Assembly: GCA_000091205.1 (NCBI GenBank)
Contig: AP006494.2
Length of the DNA stretch: 64,000 bases
Reading direction: 5' to 3' (one strand)
Origin: Cyanidioschyzon merolae
Lineage: Eukaryota
Numbering within the stretch: position 1 is the first letter of the stretch; each line of letters starts with the position of its first letter. A model generated the notes under the pieces. The model was not told where the DNA came from. It was given only the letters and a program-made list of their open reading frames with translations, and made no database searches. Made by a program: the position numbers and the translations under genes. Positions 34,290 to 44,260 of this stretch are shown here, in pieces.

Positions 34290-35300
34290 GTCCTGCCTTT
34301 CGAATCATCATCCGAGCTTTTTATTGGATGCACTACCTATGTATTACAAGTCCAGAGATATGCGCTTACGGATTCATACACTGGTTCAGGATGCTCCGTT
34401 GTCTTTTCGTAATGGCTCCATTGAGTCTATGCCACTTGAAATCGCCACTTCAACGGAATCAAGGTGATTTGCGACGCCCTTGAAGGAGAATTCGCAAAGC
34501 ATCGAACATCTTTATCCGATTGATACGTACAGGGTTCCAATACGCTCCTTACCTGACGTGCAGAACGCTCGAGCCATATATTCTTCAAGTTTTCGATCTT
34601 GCTGTTTCAGAGCAACGCTTGGGCGCAGCAATTCGCCACGCTGGATTGACGAAGACAAACACTCGACGTTGTCAGGTGACAACTGCTTCACGAGCTCACG
34701 TCGAACGTTCCCTGCGCTTGTCACGTCAAACAATCAATCCTGCTCGAAAGATAAATCCGATTCTTCGTACTCGTCGACCACCGAGGGCGTGACACCTGCA
34801 TGTTACCCCCCTAGGGTACACTTCCTGAAATTCCGATTGCTTTTGTTCCCATCGAAGAGGACTTTGAAGTCGGACTTTAGTCATCGGAGCGATCGCTCCC
34901 ATGGAAGCGTGCGTAACCGCTTTCAACGGATCAAGCATAGATGGATTGAACTTTCTCAGCTTGATCTCCAGGCTGGATTCTCCTTCGTGTCCTTGGGTCA
35001 TCTTGCACAACATTGCGTTCCACAAATCCCTATCGCATGGAACAGTGTGCGTTTGGGCGTACAGCGGACAGCATACCCGCTGAAGGTAGCGTCCCGGAGA
35101 AGCCCATGATCATGGTGCACGGCACCGAGCGCAGAAACCGTGGATGGCATCAACGCAAACCTTCTGTACGCGTCGCGGGCATGCACCGAGAGATGCAGCA
35201 AGCGTTCATGCGCCGCTGACGACCGTTGAAGCAGGAGGATGTGTGGCGGATACACAGCAACACCTGGCCACAGTCAAGCACCGTTGCTGCAAAGCGTACT
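34290..35300 (-). mobile_element. Dispersed repeat family, copy D (diverged, same orientation as copy C)
   Basis: 34340-34720 aligns with 8800-9160 (ttcaagttttcgatcttgctgtttcagagcaac against ctcaagttttcgatcttgctgtttcaaggcaac). 34720-35000 aligns with 9160-9420 and, reversed, with copy B (agtcatcggagcgatcgctcccatggaagcgtgcg). Confidence 0.6.
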
Positions 35301-35870
35301 CAGAGGCTCTACGAAAAGGGAATGAAAATGGCACGCGAAGCGTCGGTCGCAACTTTTGCCGGTCCATGAGCTGCTTTGACAACAGCCGGAATCCGCGATA
35401 TCGGGACTTGGACGATGCCATCAACATCCTTCGATTCACGAGGATCGGAGCTTTGAAGCCAAGAGACACCTGCGAATTTAAAGCCCGAGATAAGGCAGAG
35501 GAAAAGGAAGCACTCGCATAAAATGTCCGCACAGTTCTGTGTTGATGACAGTTGGACGATAGCGAGCCTCGGGTGCGCACACTGGACTTGCGGGATCTTC
35601 ACGATCGTTTGCTGCGATGAGGGTATTCTGCGCTGTACGACTTGCTCCTCGCGACTGCTGTACTGCTCCGTCGGCAAAGGGGCGAGTGTGTTCAACTCTT
35701 GCCACTGATGCAGCTGGACGTGAACTCGGTTGTATAGGTTTTCGTTTAGACACGTTTTTGTAGCTTCAGAGGGCGCGCCTGCTGCGTAGGTCGCTCGGGA
35801 GAAGCGCGTTCCTCGTCACGCTCCCGTTGCCGCTGCCAACAGCAAGTTAGGGTGCGCGCTGCTCGCGTCG

Positions 35871-37865
35871 TTGTGCAGGCGAACAGCCACACCTTTCGAC
35901 GCACAGGTTATGTCCCTGGATGGTACAACCGGAGAGTTGTCCTCCGGCGGACAGGCGCACGGCACAGCGCAAGTTCAACCAGTGCACCTGGAGCTGAGTG
36001 CCTACTACGGGCTAGCGCCTCCAGCAACCGGAACCGACACGAGCCAAGCAACGACGCCCGGGGCTGGGCACTCTCCTGGTGGCACTAGGCGCGCTACTGC
36101 TGCGCTGACGACAACCGACGCAAGCCAGCCCTCGAGGCAGCTCGTACAGGAGGTGCTGGCACGCGCTTCTATCGGTGAGCTCCTGTCAGAAGCGCAAGCG
36201 TTTCAGGTGCAGGCGCTCGACGCGGAGACGGCGTTACAGCGAGCGGCTCTGCGTCTCTTCGAGGACTATGATGAAGCGGCTCGCTGGTGTTTTGCGCAGG
36301 GCCAAGTGCTGGCTGAGCTGCGGCGTTCGCTGCAAGAGTCTCAGCGAGGCCTCGAAGTGGTCAGCGACCTATGCAACAAGTTTAGCGACCACTCGGAGGA
36401 CCTCCAGGATGCGTTAGATACACTAGAAAAGAAGCTGCGCTTGCTCCAGCTCATTCGGGTGACCGGCTTCGCCGTGCCCATGTTCCAAGCGCAGCTAGCG
36501 CAAGGCGACATCGAGGCTGTCGCAGAGCGCTACGCCCTGCTTCAGGAAGCGTTGCTTTCGCTGGGCGCTCTGCATAGAGCTTTTGATCGGCTATATTCGC
36601 GGCTGAAGCTGCAGATTGGCTTGCAACTCGAACGAGCATTAAGGGAAGGACTGGAAAAATACGTGCAGCTGCGTTGGACGCAGGTCTGGCAGCGCGCATC
36701 GACCGCTGAGCTGTCAGCGGTTGCAGAAGCCTCCAGCGATGCGACGCTCCTCAGCTGCACGAGGATCGAGGCTGCGCTGCAACGAGCGCACGGACAGCAG
36801 CGAAACAGTCTGGTAGATCAAGTACGAACTCTTCTGTCTCAGGTACTAGGTTTGGAGCGAACTGTACCCGCTTCGCTCTGGGAGCCGGTGATTACCAGCA
36901 TGCTGAACCCGCTGTACGCACTGGTTGAAGAGGCGGACCCAGTCGCTGCACCCGGCCTGGTGTCGGACTGGTTGCCCCGTTGGCTGGAGCGCTTCAGGGA
37001 GACGATAGCACTCGATCCGAGCCCAGCCGCGTTGGAAGCACTCTGCAAGGCGGTAGCCGCGATGCCCTCGGTTTGGAGACGGACGTTGGCGTCGGCACTG
37101 CCTGCGCTTCTGGAGCAAAGCTTGAATGAACGGTTGGCGGCCGAGGTTGTACCGCTCTGGAGAGAGATGCTTTTACTGCTGGCCGAGGTACCCTGGTCAC
37201 CGCCGCTGTATCATCGCATCCAGTCGCAGGGTGAACAGCTCGTGACTTTACTGGAACAGCACCTGGAGCAGGCCCCTGCAAGCTTTCAAGTCTTGTTTGA
37301 GCACTTTGGCGAGGATCCAAGCGAGTCCGCCGCGTCACACCCGCTTGCTGGAGCGACAGCGGAGACTGTGCCTCTCGTTCACCGTTCCGCTGCACCAGCG
37401 GTAGACGCTCTAGCCCAGGCTCTCTACGGGCGCCTTGTTTCGGAGGTATGGCTGAGCGTACAAGGGGGTTCTCCGCTGGCGGTGGCGTTCCTGCTTTTAG
37501 CTGTGCTCGGAGGGCGCTTTCTCGCAGATCCTGCTATCGAGCAGGCCCACATGAACCGGTATATGCGGCTGCGAGCACTTCAGGCGACACATGAGCTCCT
37601 GGAGCATGGCCTTGAATCAACGAAAGTATCTGCGTTGGGGGAGCAACTGGCGAGAGAGTCGGCTGTGGCAAGCGCTCTCGTCACCACTGGTCGGAAGCGG
37701 ACTCGCGCACGACGAACGCCGAGCGACCTCCAGCCCAGGTCACTGGATTTGGCTGTGCCTCCTGAACAGATACGCAAAAGAGTGGAGGCCTGCGTTCGCT
37801 ACTGGCAGCGCTATGCCGTCGTAGCCACGAAGCCGTTCTCGAACGGTTCAGCGGCAGCGGGCTAA
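35871..37865 (+). CDS. Hypothetical alpha-helical/coiled-coil protein
   Basis: 664-aa ORF rich in L, A, Q and E with heptad-like stretches; could be a tethering-complex-like subunit, but no confident family. The start may be internal. Confidence 0.35.
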   Translation: MCRRTATPFDAQVMSLDGTTGELSSGGQAHGTAQVQPVHLELSAYYGLAPPATGTDTSQATTPGAGHSPGGTRRATAALTTTDASQPSRQLVQEVLARASIGELLSEAQAFQVQALDAETALQRAALRLFEDYDEAARWCFAQGQVLAELRRSLQESQRGLEVVSDLCNKFSDHSEDLQDALDTLEKKLRLLQLIRVTGFAVPMFQAQLAQGDIEAVAERYALLQEALLSLGALHRAFDRLYSRLKLQIGLQLERALREGLEKYVQLRWTQVWQRASTAELSAVAEASSDATLLSCTRIEAALQRAHGQQRNSLVDQVRTLLSQVLGLERTVPASLWEPVITSMLNPLYALVEEADPVAAPGLVSDWLPRWLERFRETIALDPSPAALEALCKAVAAMPSVWRRTLASALPALLEQSLNERLAAEVVPLWREMLLLLAEVPWSPPLYHRIQSQGEQLVTLLEQHLEQAPASFQVLFEHFGEDPSESAASHPLAGATAETVPLVHRSAAPAVDALAQALYGRLVSEVWLSVQGGSPLAVAFLLLAVLGGRFLADPAIEQAHMNRYMRLRALQATHELLEHGLESTKVSALGEQLARESAVASALVTTGRKRTRARRTPSDLQPRSLDLAVPPEQIRKRVEACVRYWQRYAVVATKPFSNGSAAAG

Positions 37866-38469
37866 TCAAAGGCAGCAGCTGAGCCAGGATGCTTTGCCCG
37901 CGAACCAGGCTATGCCTGTAAACGGCCTCATCATCTGCGGATCTCAATGGGTATCTGCGAGTGAATGTTCTCGGGATCGATCAAGTCGCAGGTTGCGCTT
38001 TCGTATCCGCTCCGCAGGCTATCATGGGAGCGGCACGTGCCCGCACTCGCTGGGACGTTGACATGTGGACCACATACGATGTACGATGGAATACAGCGGT
38101 CGTGTGGTGCTCTTTACGAAAGGAAACGCGAAGAAAATCATGCGCTTTCCGAGCGGAAAGTCATTGTGGACACTGACTTTCTTATAGTGTCCCCATTGCG
38201 TTTACACGTCGAAGAGCGAGAAGAACAGTGTGGACGTTCTGGATGTAAAAGCAATCGAGTACCACTGGTTGTTCTACACACCGAAGAGCAAGCGTTTTCG
38301 CACAGGAATGAGCAACATGCCTCAGTTACACGCTGTACTGCCGCATCACGGAGCATCCTCGCTGTTCGCCAGCTGCAACGGATAACCGATCCCGGTGTGT
38401 ACAGAGGGCGCTCCCGCCTCGCTGGATGTCTGTTCATCTCATGCCAGTGCGGTGCTCCAGGCGAGAATC

Positions 38470-38471
<2 letters not shown>

Positions 38472-38503
<32 letters not shown>

Positions 38504-38504
38504 C
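38472..38504. repeat. (CTGT)n tetranucleotide microsatellite, about 8 units
   Basis: gtctgtctgtctgtct... read directly from the sequence. Confidence 0.9.
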
Positions 38505-40439
38505 TGGGCAATAATCCTTCTCATCGACAGTCTTTAGCGTTTCAGCACAATACCCCCACTGGGTTCTAAACGATTTGCTAAGAAAAAGTTCGCTCGACAT
38601 AAATCCGACAGACGCTCCGGAATCACGATACATTTCCGAATGTTTATCGATGTGTTCCAGTCTCGGTGCAGAATGCGCTGGTCCGCCCGGTTGCCGGGCG
38701 TTTCACACCATGAAAAGCCTCTCAGCTCCGATTATCTCGCGATTTCACGTCTGGTCAGCTTGGTGTTCACCGCCTCGTGCGTTAGACTCCGTTTCATTCT
38801 CTTCTCTTCCACTAGTTTTGAGCGTGTACCCGTACTTTTGATGCATCTACGTCGTCCTGGAAGCATCGATATGTATCGTACAGAGAATCGATTCCTGCCT
38901 TCCTTGTACGCTGGTTTTGATGGAACAGGACTGCAGCCTTTTCGCGCTACAGCACGTCCAGTGTCAGACGCCAGCACCAAACGACCTCCCGTTTCGGTCA
39001 CTTTCTTTTCCAACGCATTGAAAAAATGGCGAAAGCACGGCGCTTGCCTCCCTGCAGCGGATACCGTTGACGACCCCGGCACAAGCCCATGAAAAACGCC
39101 CGCCAGAGATCATCCGTTTGAGTCCTTTGGACGCTAATGTGCGCTCTGAATGGAGTATACACTGCATCGCCCAGCTTGCTACGGTGCTGAGAGCGTGGAG
39201 ATGTGTCCGGACGCCGTCACTCCACTTGTTGGTATGCCCTCGGGCGCCCATTCAGGCCGAGCCTCGGGCGTTGCAAGCCCTGCCAGATTCGAGCAGCCTC
39301 ATTCGCTCTTCATTCAGCTCTTTGGATTCGTCGTCTTGAATGGGAATTACGCTGACGGCCATAATGTTCATCAACCCGAGATCAACGCCCACTCTGATGT
39401 TGATTCCCCTCATCTACATGGACCTGTTGAGAATTTGTCTCGTGGCGCGACTCAGGCCCAGGTTTCACAAATGATCTGAAGATGGATATGCTGTGGATCT
39501 CCGCCCTCCTCCCAGTCACAAATATTTCCACATCCTCTCTGTAAACGACAAGATCTTGAACGAGATCCGCTGGTTCTCAGCATGATGATATTCGCATGTT
39601 TCATCCTTGGTCGCTGTGGCCAGCTCTTTCTTCTTCGTATCCTTGCACTTGGCAGAGTGGCATCCGTGTGGCCTCCATACTCTATATCCGTTTGTTTCCC
39701 CGTGGTGTTCAGAAGCCCTGGTTGCACGGCGGGGCTGGAACCCAGCTTTTCGATCCGTACGTTTATTGTCTCTGGAGTACCTTTTCGTCGCCTCCTCCGT
39801 CGCGAGAACGCACACGGGCCGAAGACCGTCTTTGCGCTCCCTAGAGCGCACGAGCAGAGAAACTAGAAAACAGCAGTCAAGTGATGATTAAGTTTTCGAG
39901 AGATTTTTCGCAGGCCAGTGTGACGAATGCGAACGACCCGCTTACGTACCCTTGAGCACTAAAATGGCACTGGAAAACAGAAACGTCGTCTTCAACTGGA
40001 CTGAATCAGAGTGCATAGGCTGGCGCGAGGCGCAGCTCAACGCCATGCTCAACTGCGTACTCCTTGGCCGCTTTTGCATGATGGAAAGCGATGTCGTCGA
40101 ATACCCAGACAGAAGCATGTGGGAAGGAGATCCCATCAAGGCTGCTTCGACGAAGGATGAGGTATTGAACGATCCTGTCCGTTGCGCGATGTCTGGGCGA
40201 CCAGTCCACTGGAACGCCGCTGAGGCTGATGTTGTAGGAATGCTCGCGCGTCACCGCTTTGCGAAGAGCAGTTTACCCTCTTTGCGTAACCACGGACACG
40301 TGTACCGTTTCTCTCGAACGCGTTTTCCCCGATCGAGACGAACATCCATGCCGTCCGTCATATACGTTGGCGTCTCGCAACGATTTCCATCATATGCTGC
40401 TCAAAAGCACGATGGTCTCTGTTGGCAGCGTGCTTGTCC

Positions 40440-40680
40440 CGTTGCCCATCCATGCGCCTTCTTCACCGTACGTATGAACCGTGCTTTAACTTCCTATCCT
40501 GTAGCTTCTTTGTAAGGATTTCTCGGAGAGCGCATGGAGTGGAATGGATCGATGATGAGACAGTTAAGTGGACAGATTTTGAAAGGCGCTGTTTTCGATG
40601 CTCGACGTCCAGGAAACGGACTAGAAAGATGATGCTTCAACCATCTGGTGATTCTAGAATGTCTGACGTAGTCATGTACG
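40440..40680 (+). repeat. Fragment of the dispersed repeat family (distal 'WIDDET' segment)
   Basis: The stretch gcatggagtggaatggatcgatgatgagacagttaagtggacagatttt aligns with 18030-18080 and with the reverse complement of about 3080-3140. About 100 bp of upstream flank is also alignable to 17930-18030. Confidence 0.5.
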
Positions 40681-41071
40681 GCATTTCTCGCAATCTACAA
40701 GTCCCAGGATATCGTCCTCCCGTGGCCATCTCTCATCAACATGATACGCTGCTTTTTTTTTGAGTATCTGCCAGAGAACAAACAAGGAAAAAACGGTTTC
40801 ATGGTGCAGGCCTTCCTGGATGCACTTCCCCAGTCATCAGACGCACGTTGGTGCCCGCGGGGTCTCGGGGCTGTCCGCCAGAGACACCCCGGCCCCCTTC
40901 CAGCACAGTACGAAACATATCCAAGTGGCGTACCAGTTGGTGCTCTGCACAGACAGAGGCGCGTTTCTAAAGTTTTTCTAAACGCTGCAGTAGAGCCTGC
41001 TACAGGTTATTGGTCTCTGACGCTATTCGAGGACGCAGAGTGACGCCTGCTGGTGCGTACCCGGCAACGCT

Positions 41072-42487
41072 GTGCACTCGACAGCGCTGGAACGAGGACC
41101 AGGCGCCGGGGTCAGCCGCAGCGGTTTCCCTAGCGACAGCGTTCGTTTTTTGCGGGCACTGCTCACGAAACGGTGCCTCACGGATACACGGGACGCTTCC
41201 TCTTGGAGGAAATCCGGGTTCATGTCGCACTTTCCGAGCGCCACAACGGACGGGAGTCCGCAGCAGCGACCTCGGAGCGGAACTCGCGTCGGGGAGCAGC
41301 CTCCTGCGAACATTTTCCTCTATGCGCCCAGGATGCGAACGGAGTTGCCGGATCCGCCCATGGACCTGAAACTGTTGCCAGTGCTCCGGTCTGAGCGGGT
41401 TCTAGGGACTGCTTCTGCGACAGAGTCGAGCGCTGAATCGATCGGTGCCTCGTCAGAGCCGAGCTCCGCAGCAGCAGCAGCAGCAGCAGCACTGGCGAGT
41501 AAAGCGGTAGAGCTATGGGAAGAGGAGCGAAGCGCCCTGGAGCGACTAGCAGTTTGCGTTGAGGGCATGCGTCCAGCCGGGGGCATGTGGCTCCTGGAAC
41601 TGGCAGCCGCGTTTGCGGACACGCTCGACGTAGCAACAGCGCCTGGCGTGAACCCGCAGACAACGGCGCTTCCGTGGACCTATCGTCCGCTGCAAGGAGC
41701 GGCTGCTGAGCTGGTGCGGAATGAGAGCGCTCTTGCAGCAGTTTACGCACCAGTTGCGTCTGAAAGCAACGAGAACCGCGTTGATCAGTCTTCGCTGGCT
41801 CGATCACTGGAACATGTGGCACTTGGGGCCAACGCTATGGAAGCGGCCCTTCCGGGTCTGAGCGCCAGGAATGCGCAATGGATGCGACCTCCGCAGTACG
41901 ACGAATTCCTTTCCTTGAAAGCCGGTGGCGCTCCCGAGGTCAGCGGTGTCTTGCGGCCAGAGGCCATGGCGCACTCGACAGCAGAGGGCGATGCGAAGGT
42001 TCATGATTCCCTGAATGCCGCAGCGCTTGCGGCAGACGCCCTAGCTATCGAAGCGGAATTTGAAGCAGCCACCCAACTCGATGAAAATTTGGCTGCGCTC
42101 AAGTACCCACACCCAAGTCCAGAAAAACGCGCCAGTGGCGGCGAGCGCCTACGAGCTATCAAAAGCTTTCCGATCGTGCCGGATGAGCAGCTCTGGGAGG
42201 AGCCCTGTGGGTTGCTCAGTTTCCTCGAGGTGCCGATGACCTGGCAAACACACCCCATGACGTACGGTGTTGCGCAAGTCGACAGCACCGTCCCGACCTT
42301 GGTATTCTTCGGGGAGAATCTGACGGATGCAACGGAGGCGCAAACTCCAGTCGATCGATTTGCGTACCAATTAGATACCCCGGAGAGTGCTCGAGAACTG
42401 GCAGGCTTCGTTTGTTTACACTTTTCTGGGAACAGTGCTTGTCTAGCACCCGTTTCCTTCCGCGTTCGGCCACAGTTGCATGCATGA
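41072..42487 (+). CDS. Hypothetical Ala-rich protein
   Basis: 471-aa ORF in a gene-sized gap. Contains a (GCA)n run at about 41470-41493 encoding polyAla. No family recognised. Confidence 0.3.
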   Translation: MHSTALERGPGAGVSRSGFPSDSVRFLRALLTKRCLTDTRDASSWRKSGFMSHFPSATTDGSPQQRPRSGTRVGEQPPANIFLYAPRMRTELPDPPMDLKLLPVLRSERVLGTASATESSAESIGASSEPSSAAAAAAAALASKAVELWEEERSALERLAVCVEGMRPAGGMWLLELAAAFADTLDVATAPGVNPQTTALPWTYRPLQGAAAELVRNESALAAVYAPVASESNENRVDQSSLARSLEHVALGANAMEAALPGLSARNAQWMRPPQYDEFLSLKAGGAPEVSGVLRPEAMAHSTAEGDAKVHDSLNAAALAADALAIEAEFEAATQLDENLAALKYPHPSPEKRASGGERLRAIKSFPIVPDEQLWEEPCGLLSFLEVPMTWQTHPMTYGVAQVDSTVPTLVFFGENLTDATEAQTPVDRFAYQLDTPESARELAGFVCLHFSGNSACLAPVSFRVRPQLHA

Positions 42488-42920
42488 AATGAACGTGTAT
42501 TCGGTCGGCGATGATGCTTCCGGGATACTGTCAGGGCAGGTCTCGCGAATGCCCAGCGCGCTTCCCCAAGTACCCCGATATCTGGTAGTACACACGGTAT
42601 TTTGGAGCAGCATGCATCAATGGCTCTCCATGAAGCGCTCGTCACAGCTTGCAGTGCCCCATGAGGAAAACTCGAGAAGCGTTGTCCTGACCGCCCGATC
42701 ATGCAGCGTTCATACGCTGGCGTTCGACCTGAAGTGCAAACAGCTGGCCGGTAAAGCGACACACCGCCCACACACGCCCGTACAGACGAGTGCTTTACGC
42801 GCCGCCGCGGCACAAGGTTCCCAGTTCGGCAGACAAAACGTTCCCATGCCCGTCCCGTGAGCTCCACTCGCGTCCTAGTGTTGCTCCACTTTCTCGCCGC
42901 GAACAGATAACGTCTGCAGA

Positions 42921-43262
42921 CTACACTCGACTGGGGTAGAGCATGACGCGCACAGCCTTGCCGATAGCGCTCGGGGGGAGGTTTGTTGCGAACTTGGCCC
43001 GCACACAACCACTGCTACCGTGTGGCGCGATGATCCGGCCCCAGATGCAACGGTACCGGGTAACTCGCCCTCGCGTCGTCGTCCGCGCTCGTTTCGCCTT
43101 GTAGACGTAGGCCACGCGTTTGCCCGCATAGAACGTCGTCTCGTCGCGCGTGCGCACGCCTTCAATCTGGATCCGCGTTTGATTCGGGTATTGTCGTCTC
43201 TGTGACCGACGGTAGCCTAATATGACGCCCTTGCAGTACACACGCACGGGTTGTTGTCCCAT
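42921..43262 (-). CDS. RPL35A: 60S ribosomal protein eL33 (L35Ae)
   Basis: MGQQPVRVYCKGVILGYRRSQRRQYPNQTRIQIEGV...GKRVAYVYKAK...GRVTRYRCIWGRIIAPHGSSGCVRAKFATNLPPSAIGKAVRVMLYPSRV matches the L35Ae fold. Start taken at the internal Met (43262), not the ORF-track Met at 43307. Confidence 0.85.
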   Translation of the reverse strand: MGQQPVRVYCKGVILGYRRSQRRQYPNQTRIQIEGVRTRDETTFYAGKRVAYVYKAKRARTTTRGRVTRYRCIWGRIIAPHGSSGCVRAKFATNLPPSAIGKAVRVMLYPSRV

Positions 43263-43664
43263 GGTAGATCGAAGGTCACGCAGGTGGCGTCTTCCTCGAC
43301 GCTCCACGACTCGGACAAAGGAACGCTAGCGTGTTCTGCAAGTGCGAAGCATGCGGAGGAAGGAACAGGCGCACGGGCGCCGATGATCGTCGACGCGCCC
43401 AGGGCCTTCCTATGACAATTAGGGATCAAATGGTCTCCGTCTGCTGCGAGTGACCCGGCTGTGGCGACAATGCGGATGGCATGATTATTCAAACTATGAT
43501 CAAAAAGTTTCCTAAAATTTGAATAAAAGGATATTATATCCAGTTTGCCGTCTTTGGCGTCTCGGCCTGGGCGCGATCCGCGCACACGCTGCTTTTGTAA
43601 GGCGACTCTGTGGACACACTCTACTTTCGCTGCCCGCTCCGGTGCACTGGTACACGCCACCACC
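43263..43664. promoter_or_regulatory. Shared bidirectional promoter region of the divergent RPL35A/RPL27 pair
   Basis: A 402-bp spacer between head-to-head ribosomal protein genes. It contains the only AT-rich patch locally (about 43490-43545, ...aaaatttgaataaaaggatattatatcc...). The RPL27 ATG sits in a caccATGg context. Confidence 0.5.
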
Positions 43665-44102
43665 ATGGTCAAGTTCATCAAGCCGGGCAAGGCCGTGATC
43701 GTTACCTCGGGAAGACAAGCAGGTCATAAGGCCATAATCGTTCGTTGCTATGATGAGGGCGGTAGCACCCGCAAGTTTAACCACGCCCTCGTTGTCGGCG
43801 TCGAGCGGTACCCCCTGAGAGTCACACGTGAGATGAGCGAGAAGCGTATCGCGAAGCGGTGTCGAATTCGACCTTTTGTGAAGTTTGTGAACTACGTGCA
43901 CATGCTGCCGACGCGGTATAATGTGGACTTTTACGACGAGCTCCGTCAGGTGCTACCGGAAACGCTCGGACTGGGCACGGCGGACGACCCCTGGACCACC
44001 CTGGAGAGTCGACGGAGCTGTCGCATCGCGGTGAAGAAGATCCTAGAACAGAAATACCTGACGGGAAAGTATCGATGGTTTTTCACTAAACTCCGGTTCT
44101 AA
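43665..44102 (+). CDS. RPL27: 60S ribosomal protein eL27
   Basis: MVKFIKPGKAVIVTSGRQAGHKAIIV... and C-terminal KYLTGKYRWFFTKLRF match eL27 (KOW-like N-terminus, conserved C-terminal ...WFFQKLRF). Start taken at the internal Met (43665). Confidence 0.85.
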   Translation: MVKFIKPGKAVIVTSGRQAGHKAIIVRCYDEGGSTRKFNHALVVGVERYPLRVTREMSEKRIAKRCRIRPFVKFVNYVHMLPTRYNVDFYDELRQVLPETLGLGTADDPWTTLESRRSCRIAVKKILEQKYLTGKYRWFFTKLRF

Positions 44103-44236
44103 GCTTGCTTGTTTGGACAAGCCGCATCGACGAGTGAACCGACTTGCCTCCGAAGAGCTGGCCGTGCGCTGAGCCTGCCGGTTTGGAGTGGTCAGTACGC
44201 TGCGCTGGACACCGAATAGAAGAAACTTATCCGATT

Positions 44237-44260
44237 TTGATGATGATGATGATGATGATA
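44237..44260. repeat. (GAT)n trinucleotide repeat, about 8 units
   Basis: tgatgatgatgatgatgatga, 3' of RPL27. Confidence 0.85.

Noticed and set aside
43545-44102. Longer 185-aa version of RPL27 starting at 43545. Likewise the 128-aa version of RPL35A starting at 43307.
   Set aside because: Homology to eL27 and eL33 begins at the internal Met in both cases (43665 and 43262). The upstream extensions have no counterpart in these proteins and would overlap the shared promoter.
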